Source of the DNA: Octopus vulgaris
Taxonomy: Eukaryota
Direction of reading: 5' to 3'
Length of the DNA stretch: 64,000 bases
Assembly: GCA_951406725.2 (NCBI GenBank)
Contig: OX597840.1
Location: 12,648,001 to 12,712,000, forward strand
Shown here: piece by piece, positions 54,697-64,000 of the stretch
Layout: each line of letters begins with the position of its first letter
How positions within the stretch are numbered: the stretch's first letter is position 1
Made by a program: the position numbers and the translations under genes
Notes under the pieces: model-generated
Told to the model about the DNA's origin: nothing
Databases searched by the model: none
What the model saw: only the letters and a program-made list of their open reading frames with translations

Positions 54697-55683
54697 GGTG
54701 AAGTGATTGGAAATGAACTCAAAAACTATAATGCTAAAATTAAATCTGGATCCAGTACAAGTGTTCTAAACTTGAAGCATCCGATTGAACGTGGTGTCAT
54801 TACCAACTGGGATGATATGGAGAAGATTTGGTTGCATGCATTCAAAGAGTTGAAAGTTGCACCTACAGAAAGCTCTGTCTTGTTGACTGAGGCTGTTTTT
54901 AACCCCAAGGACAACAGAGAAAAGATGGCCGAAATTATGTTTGAAAAGTTTAACACTCATGCATTATGTATTGCTGATCAGGCTTCACTGTCCCTTTTGG
55001 CTTCTGGTCGTATCACAGGTATGTCTGTGGATGTAGGTCATGGCATCACCCAAATTGTCCCTGTCTATAAAGGGTCAGTTAAACGAGAAGCTGCTGTCCA
55101 GTGGGAGTTTGGTGGTGTGGACATGACAGATTACCTTACGAGTATGTTGACTGAACGTGGTTATTCCTTTGACAGTCCTTCTCAGACAGAAACTGTCCGT
55201 AACATCAAAGAGAAGTGTTGTTATGTTGCTCTAGACTTTGAACAGGAAATGCAGACTGCAGCCTCTGAGAAATATAAATTACCTGACAAGCAAGTCATTA
55301 CCATTGGCAATGAACGATTCCGTACCCCGGAACTTCTGTTCCAGCCAAGTTTAATTCATGAGGGATCTGAGGGTATTCATGTAAGAATTCGTGATTCAAT
55401 CATCAAATGTAATAGGTCGATTAAAATGCCCCAATTTCAGAAAATTGTATTGTCCGGTGGTTCGACAACATTCAGAGGCTTTGCCAAGCGCCTAAGAAAA
55501 GAAATGAGTTCCATTCTGGCACCTGCAACGATATTTCAGATTATTGATCATGGAGAACTTAAATACGCTACATGGCGTGGTGGTGCTGCATTGGCTAGTT
55601 TGTCTATCTTTAAAGATAGGTGTATTAGCAGAGAAGAATATAATGAACATGGCTCAAATATTCTCGATAAAAAATATATGTAA
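54697..55683 (+). CDS. Divergent actin-like gene A2, coding exon 2
   Basis: Acceptor TTTTGTATTTCAG|GGT, two codons upstream of ORF 54703..55683. 987 nt with no stop or frameshift. Confidence 0.95.
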   Translation, partial: GEVIGNELKNYNAKIKSGSSTSVLNLKHPIERGVITNWDDMEKIWLHAFKELKVAPTESSVLLTEAVFNPKDNREKMAEIMFEKFNTHALCIADQASLSLLASGRITGMSVDVGHGITQIVPVYKGSVKREAAVQWEFGGVDMTDYLTSMLTERGYSFDSPSQTETVRNIKEKCCYVALDFEQEMQTAASEKYKLPDKQVITIGNERFRTPELLFQPSLIHEGSEGIHVRIRDSIIKCNRSIKMPQFQKIVLSGGSTTFRGFAKRLRKEMSSILAPATIFQIIDHGELKYATWRGGAALASLSIFKDRCISREEYNEHGSNILDKKYM

Positions 55684-56635
55684 TATGTATGTGTCATTGA
55701 TATATATATATATATGATATAATATAATATAAATCCAGTTCTGTGTGTTTGTGTGTGTGTGTGGATGTGCGTAAAAGATTATAACGGCTGTATTGTTCAA
55801 CTGATTTTACTCCAAAGTGGGAACAGATATTACTTATGTTCCACGGATGGACCAAGATTCCAAGCATTTCCAAATACAAAATTAGACAATACAACGCTGC
55901 ACTAAAGATAATATCATTTGGAGTCACAAAAATTTAACTGAGTCAGGATTCATGCAATCTTTCAGGATCCAAAGTCAGATTTATCATCGGATTGCCTATC
56001 TACTACCTCTGTCCAATGAATCACCAAAATCAGCCTTTCATTGTTTATAATCTGTACATGTTCTTTGGTAGCTTATTTCGTAACCAAAGAACATACTATA
56101 CGTTTACTTATATTATTAATCAACGATTTTTTAATTGATGGTGGGTGATTACTATTAACATTTATATAACTAAGGTTTTCATTAAGTTTATGATATGGTT
56201 GTGTTTTACCCGTAATTAGATTAAAATTACCATCTAAATAATCAACATTAAAATTCTCATTATATATAGTAATACTTAAACCATACCTTTTAAAGAAACT
56301 ATAAAGTTCTTTCTTATAAAATTCTAGGCTACAATTAGTGCAATTCTTAGTAATTAATGAAAGGTCATCCCTATATAAACCACCCTCTATTTTTAAATCT
56401 TTAATTGAAGTTCAGATAATAGATAAATACCTACCAAATCCATAGCTTGTGCAGAATCGGGTGCCCCCATAGTTGTATCAAAATGATCCCTAGTATCCTT
56501 CCAAGCCCATAATTTATTTTTGTATCTAATAAACAATTTCCTAGCCATTTTAATAATATCAACCTCTTCAAAAGTCATTATCACTTTATTCATATATATA
56601 TATATGTATGTATATATATGTATATATATATATAT

Positions 56636-56697
<62 letters not shown>

Positions 56698-59600
56698 GGC
56701 AAGTGTCAAGGCCAGTGTTAGTTATTTATTACTTAACTTTCAGATCCTCTGTGTCAATCACCAGGGGATATTAAGGAACACCTACTAGCCCTTTCAATAT
56801 CAATCCACTTGAGACGACCCCCTGCTTCTCTGTTAAAATCTTTCTATTTTAAAGTGAGTTCCATTAAAAACTTCCATGTTAATGTATGTTCAAAACACTA
56901 GTTATTTTACTAAATTCGTATTTTGAAAATAATTAATTTCAACGAAACCATTTTGCTTTATCAGAAATATGGTAACAAAAGTGATAATAAAAATAAGGAA
57001 TTATTTTACGAAATTCTTCCTTATTTTCAAAATTAATTGAAGCAAAGTTGAGGTATTGCAATAGAAATAGGGTAACGAAAGGGTTAATAATAACAAAGTA
57101 GTTTTACTAAATTCTGCATTATTTTCATATTCTAACAGAAATATGTTAATAAATGGCTTAAGTTAGTATTTGCATATTCTGTCTGCAATCTTCCAATCTG
57201 AAATCTACTTTCACTATTATAAGTTTGTTATTAACGGTAACATAATGTTGCCCTAAACTGTCATGTAACCATAAAATTTGGCTCAAAATTGCTTTTTGTG
57301 TGATCGGAACTTTAATAAAGAACTTTAAATAAAACACTGGTCTGTTGGCTTTGTTGAATTTTTGACAATGTTTTTTTCATAACATTCCAACTGCATCATT
57401 TATTTACTCCATCATTCATCTATTTCCATTGGTTCCAAAGTTCATTTATCTGCTGCTTTAATGGGTTTTCTTTCTTTTGTTTTGTTTTCTCACCCCCACC
57501 TCACCCCCAATTACGCCCACTTTATCTGCCTTGTTATACTATTCCTCTGTAAATTACCAAATTAGTCAACTGGAATTTTTCCATTGTATTCTTTGACCAT
57601 TTTAATACCTGCCCATCCAACTTCATTCGCTCCTCTTAATATATTCCCTTTATTTTCTCCATTGGACAGACTACATTGACAGACTTTGTGATGATAGAAT
57701 CCCACAGAAAGCTCTGTTCTTGCAAAATGACTGATGGCTATTGAAACATTTGTAGGATCAAACTGAGGTTTAAGGACAGTGTTAAGCAGTGTCTACCTAT
57801 CCCTAACTGACAAGCAAAGAAACTCATTGACCCAATGGATCTAAATTTGGTAATTTAGAGAAAGTCGGATAACACCCATGGCTAACAAGGATGTAAAGTC
57901 AACAGGGAAGTTTAAATGCTATCACATGACCTGGTGGAATACAAGCATAAAATCTCACCAAAATTTTAAACATAAAAGTGTGTATAATTTGTGAATACAC
58001 TATGTCAGAAATAATACTGGACTGTCAAGGCTGGATTGAGTCTGAATGTAGCTGCAGGGGAAAAGAATATTTACAAAGAAAAATATCTTGTATTAGCTAC
58101 AAGAAGAATTTACAAGAAAGATGTCCCCTGTTTATAAATAACATAAGTATTATTAGGGTTTAACTTCTATACGAAGGAGTGGGTTGATAGGGATCATTTC
58201 ATAGACATCTATTGAGGAACTAGGTATTTGCATTCACATAATAAATAAGAATATTTATGGTTACAAGCAAATACCTGTTGGTGTTTAGGGATTTAGACAA
58301 AATCCCATTATGGTGCAGGAGTGGCTGTGTGGTAAGTAGCTTGTTTACCAACCACATGGTTCCGGGTTCAGTCCCACTGCGTGGCACCTTGGGCGAGTGT
58401 CTTCTGCTATAGCCCCAGGCCGACCAATGCCTTGTGTGTGGATTTGGTAGACGAAACTGAAAGAAGCCTGTCGTATATATGTATATGTATATATATATGT
58501 ATGTGTGTGTGTGATTGTGTGTCTGTGTTTGTCCCCCCCCCCAACATCACTTGACAACCGATGCTGGTGTGTTTACGTCCCCGTCACTTAGCAGTTCAGC
58601 AAAAGAGACCGATAGAATAAGTACTGGGCTTACAAAAGAATAAGTCCTGGGGTCGATTTGCTCGACTAAAGGTGGTGCTCCAGCATGGCCGCAGTCGAAT
58701 GACTGAAACAAGTAAAATAGTAAAAGAGTAAAAGAGTAATGGTACTGAGGGAGCTAGGCAAACAATTAGCAAGTTTTTATGGAGCTTTAAAAACATTTAT
58801 TATGGTCTATGGGTGTTTAGGGAGCTAGACAAACACTAATTAGGCAAATTTATGTTGGGGTTGAAAGTCAAAATATTTATTATAGATAATGGTGATTTGG
58901 GAGATAGAGAGACCCTTATTAAAGACAGAGGTGTATAGGGAGCACGACAAAAATTTCATTACAAATCATCATGTTTAGGGAACTAGAGAAACAGTTATTT
59001 GAGAGACTGCTTCTTAGGGAAGACAATTATGTTTATGGAGTTAGAAAAAACATTTAATGTACAGAATAATTTTTAAGGAGTTAAACAAACAATTATTATA
59101 GACAATGGTATTAACCCTTTAGTATTCAGTCTACTCTTCCAAATATAATTCTTATTTATTCACATTATTTTCAATTAATCCTGCATTATCACATAGCTGT
59201 GAGATTTCGATGATGTGATTATTTATTTTAAGAATGACATTGTAGGGATGACATGAGAGCCCAGATCTAGCCAATTTCAACATAAAACAAGTTAAGTAAT
59301 TTAGCAGGTGCTGTGGAAGGATACTGACCACCTCTCAAGTCACTAAAAAGTGGGCTGATTCATTGTTATAAAACAAAGAACTTTGAGCACTTGGCAGTTC
59401 CTGTTGGTAGTAGTTCACTGCTAGCTGTTGATTTATAAAGTTTAGGCTCATGTAATAGTATTTGTAGTGTGTCATGTATATACTTTCTTTCCCTCTTGCT
59501 TCGTTATATTATATATCTAAATACAAAGATCTAAAATCTGGATATGGCCAGTTTGAATGCTAAGGGGTTAAGCAAGCTAGACAAACTGTTATTTAGGGAG

Positions 59601-61732
59601 CAAGACAGTTATGGGTGTTTAAGGAGAAAGTGTGAATATTGGTTCAACACAGAAAATAACATTGTTCTTCTTTGCCACTGAGCACTTTTGACTGCCAAGA
59701 CACCATTTTTACCACTTATCAATATTGACAGGTGTACAAGAAAGATTTAGCTATCATATCTATCCTACGGCATCCAGTTCTTGAAGTTATGATGCAAACA
59801 GTTCTGATTAACACAAGAATTGCTGGCTTCAGTTGACCAGCAAAGAACTGAATCTTGCACAGTTGATCTTACACCTCTTTGCCAGACAGTCTTCCAGATA
59901 GTCTTTTGGGAACTATTGAGTGCCCAAAAGAAGGTTAGCATCATCTTTCCCAGGAAAATTCAGTCTTGACTTTCTTTGGTGTTGGCGAGCCAGGTTGTTT
60001 CTACTTCTGTCTTTTAGATTCTGCCTCATAAGGATGGACCCACATTTAATCTGTGATTATTCTGTTAAAAAAATTCCTCACTCTCATTGTTGTATATCTC
60101 AGCAGACCTCAAGACATTTGCACTTGTGCTCTGCGGAAAGCTCCCTTGGTACTCATCTTGCACATAAACTTCGATCATGTGGCCACAATAGTAACAACTA
60201 TAAGCATGCATGCGCAGAAGGCAGTGTGACAATAATAAAGATAAAAATCCCGTTCTGTGTGTGTGTGTGAATGTGTGTAAAAGATTATAACGGCTGTATT
60301 GTTCAACTGATTTTCTCCAAACTAAGAACATACATCACTTACGTTCAAGGGATGGTTTTAGACTCTTAAAATTTTTCACATAATGAGTATTGGTACCCTT
60401 GGGGGCAGAAAACACCCTTTCCTGAGTTTCGTGGAGAAGGGAGGTAACCCTTTGTTATGGTGAAAGTATGGATGATTTTTGACTTCTCATATGTATGTAT
60501 GCATGTACTTACATTTGTATTATTTGTATAAATGTATGTATGTATATAAGTATTCATGTTTGGATGTATGAATGTAAAGGTCTTTGAACACTTTCATCAG
60601 AGATGTCTGAGACACATTCTGAAAGTTAGCTGGAACTTAAAAAATCCAGACTTACAGGTCCTGAGGAAAGCTGATATCCTAAGTATTGAGGTAATGGTGC
60701 ACAAGAATCGGTTACGTTGAACTTGACACCTTATTAGAATGAAGGATAGCAGCATCCCTAAACATGCTATATGGGGAACTTGTTAGTGGAAAGGGACATT
60801 GTGAGAAACTAAGGCTATGATTTGCAGGAGACTGACTGGGAGATTCTATTACATATACGATCCATAATATACTTCAGATCATGCAAGGAGTAGGAGAAAG
60901 GGGGAATTGTAAATAAATAAATAAATAAATAAATAACAACAGATGGCTGATGTGGCAATTCACTACAGCTGTTTCCAACGAATTTCTAATTGATTAATGG
61001 AGTCATTGCATCATTACAAATAAACCATTTTAATCAACATTGATTCATGAAATGTGGTTCATGCATTTACCTGACAAAAGCAGTTTTTCTAATCATGTAA
61101 TAGAAGACATTTGCCCAAGGTGCCATGCAGTGGGACTGAACCCGGAATCATGTTGTTGAGAAGCAAGCTTCTTACCACACAGCCATGCCTGCAGTGATTT
61201 TAGAAAAAGACTGTGAATCTGTTTCAGTCATCACCATAGTCAAATCTACAGCCTGACAATATTGTGACAGATAGAAACATTTCAAACATTGTCATTCATT
61301 TTAATTCTCTTGTCAGTATTGTGTTGAATAACAATAAACTGGACCATGGGTTCAAAACTCACATGCCTAAAGATTTATCATCATCATAGACGCAGGAGTG
61401 GCTGTGTGGTAAGTAGCTTGTTTACCAACCACATGGTTCCGGGTTCAGTCCCACTGCATGGCACCTTGGGCAAGTGTCTTCTACTATAGCCTCGGGCCAA
61501 CCAAAGCCTTGTGAGTGGATTTGGTAGATGGAAACTGAAAGAAGCCCGTCGTATATATGTATATATAGGTGCAGGAGTGGCTGTGTGGTAAGTAGCTTGT
61601 TTACCAACCACATGGTTCTGGGTTCAGTCCCACTGCGTGGCACCTTGGGCAAGTGTCTTCTACTATAGCCTCGGGCCGACCAAAGCCTTGTGAGTGGATT
61701 TGGTAGACGGAAACTGAAAGAAGCCCATCGTA

Positions 61733-61772
<40 letters not shown>

Positions 61773-64000
61773 TGTGTGTGTTTGTGTGTCTGTGTTTGTC
61801 CCCCTAGCATTGCTTGACAACCAATGCTGGTGTGTTTATGTCCCCGTTACCTAGCGGTTCGACAAAAGAGACCGATAGAATAAGTACTGGGCTTACAAAA
61901 AGAATAAGTCCCGGGGTTGAGTTGCTCGATTAAAGGCGGTGCTCCAGCATGGCCGCAGTCCAATGACTGAAACAAGTAAAAGAGAAAGAGAGAGTCAAGG
62001 CTGGAATGAGTTTGAATGCAGTTACAGGAGAAAAGAATATTTAGAAAGTAAAATCTCCTGTATTTAGCTACTGTTTCTGAATAACATAAATATTATTAGG
62101 GTGCACAAAGGAGTGGAATGATGGGGATCTGTTATAGATAGATGTCTATAGATAAAACTAGAGGTAGGTATTTACATTTGCATATTAAACAGGGATATTT
62201 AGGATTCTAAGCAAATACGCATTGCAGATATTGGCGTTAAGGGGTTTAGACAAAACCCCATTAAAGACAATGATATTCAGGGAGATAGGCAAACAATTAG
62301 CATGTGTTTAGGGAGCTTGGCAAACATTTATTATGGGCAATGCATCTCTAAGGGAGCTAAACAAACATTGATTATATGAATTTATATTTGGGATGTTACA
62401 AGAGGTAGAAAAACAATTATTAAAGGCAATGGTGTATAGGGAGCATTTTACAGACAAGAAAGTAAGTTTTGAACGTAGACGCAGGAGTGGCTGTGTGGTA
62501 AGTAGCTTGCTAACCAACCACATTGTTCCGGGTTCAGTCCCACTGCGTGGCATCTTGGGCAAGTGTCTTCTGCTATAGCCCCGGGCCGACCAATGTCTTG
62601 TGAGTGGATTTGGTAGGCGGAAACTGAAAGAAGCCCGTTGTATATATGTATATATATATATGTGTATGTGCATTTGTGTCTGTGTTTGTCCCCCTAGCAT
62701 CGCTTGACAACCGATGCTGGTGTGTCTATGTCCCCGTCACCTAGCGGTTCGGCAAAAGAGACCAATAGAATAAGTACTGGGCTTACAAAGAATAAGTCCC
62801 GGGGTTGATTTGCTCAACTAAAAGGCAGTGCTCCAACATGGCCACAGTCAAATGACTGAAACAAGTAAAAGAGTAAAAGAGTAAAGACAGTATAGCTGTG
62901 AAAAAGCATAAAGATTTGGTGTTACACACTTATGAGATGGAAAACGTTGTCAGCAGATGAGATACCAGCTGAGTACTTTACTATTAAGCTAAACAGCTAA
63001 CTGGAAACAATCACCGTCAAATGCTAAATATAAAAATTTGTTTATTACACATGTCAACATTTCATTAGAAATACTACAATGCTCCAGGTTTATCTTTCTT
63101 ATTAGAGATTTTAAATATTTACACATAAGTCTGTTGCAGTTACTTTAGAACAAACTGAAAATTCAACATTTCCAGAACTTCAATGTCTGTTATCCAAGAG
63201 TTGAAATAGTTTAGACATACTCTTTGATACTTATATGCTTGTTCATTTTTCAATTCATTTTTTGTAGAGTTTGCTGACAAAGTTTTACACCATTAGGCTT
63301 CCACATCTTTAGCACATATTAATTAGCTCTGTTGGCGGAAATTTATTTTCATCTGCTAGCTTTTTATGCCAGTTACCAAGAGGTAATTGTTTGATGTGAA
63401 TGTTGCTTGGGTATCTATTTCAACTTTGTGTTGTGATATGAGTGTAGCTTCTATGATTAATATTTTTTGTTGTGAGGAATTTTATTGATTGTGCAATTAT
63501 TATATTTCAGAATTTTTCTATCTAAGTATGTTTTGTAGTGTCAAACAGAATTATGTTGTAAATGCATAGTGAGTCATCAAGAGAGTGTTGATCAAGTATG
63601 TCCAAAGATGTGGAGTCCTGAAGGTGGTCATTAATAGTTTGGGTTTACATATTTGTAATTTGTTATTGATAAAAAGATTTGTGGTTTTGGGTTCATATTG
63701 TGTATTATTAATTTTAGTTTATCCTCCCTTGTGATGCATTTTGTGTTGTGTTCTATAAAGCTTTTGATTACGTATTCGTCTATTTGTTATTTGTTATGTA
63801 TTTGATTTTAATAATAAATTTTAAGTTTGATTTGTGTATGTTCATTGGATGTATTCTCTGATGTATTTGTTGTATAATATTTATGACTCTGTCTACTACT
63901 CTCTTGGAATACACATTGCGGATTTCTTTCTCTTGTGCCTCATTTGTGGACAAAAACTTGTTGACCACCACTAGGCACGGTCTGTTATGCTCCAGCACCT

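Overview
AT-rich, microsatellite-dense eukaryotic DNA. The SINE/LINE/Penelope repeat complement looks like an octopod (Octopus-like) genome, which is an inference. The main content is a tandem array of three intact, two-coding-exon, highly divergent actin-like genes on the + strand: A1 4068-13627, B 33835-38478 and A2 46070-55683, each 369 aa. The ORF track misses their 41-codon first exons. They lie in a ~42 kb tandem duplication (1-25244 recurs at 41925-64000). All keep the classical actin intron after codon 41 but have replaced His73, the D-loop and the C-terminal Cys-Phe, have lost most of the acidic N-terminus, and differ from one another mostly by amino-acid-changing substitutions. The rest is transposon-derived: RTE-like LINEs, R4/Dong-like elements at (AAT)n, Penelope remnants with candidate minimal hammerhead ribozymes (one with a G3:C8-swapped core), Helitrons, Tc1/mariner remnants, piggyBac-like MITEs and tRNA-derived SINEs. 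All alignments and counts were done by eye and repeat boundaries are approximate.
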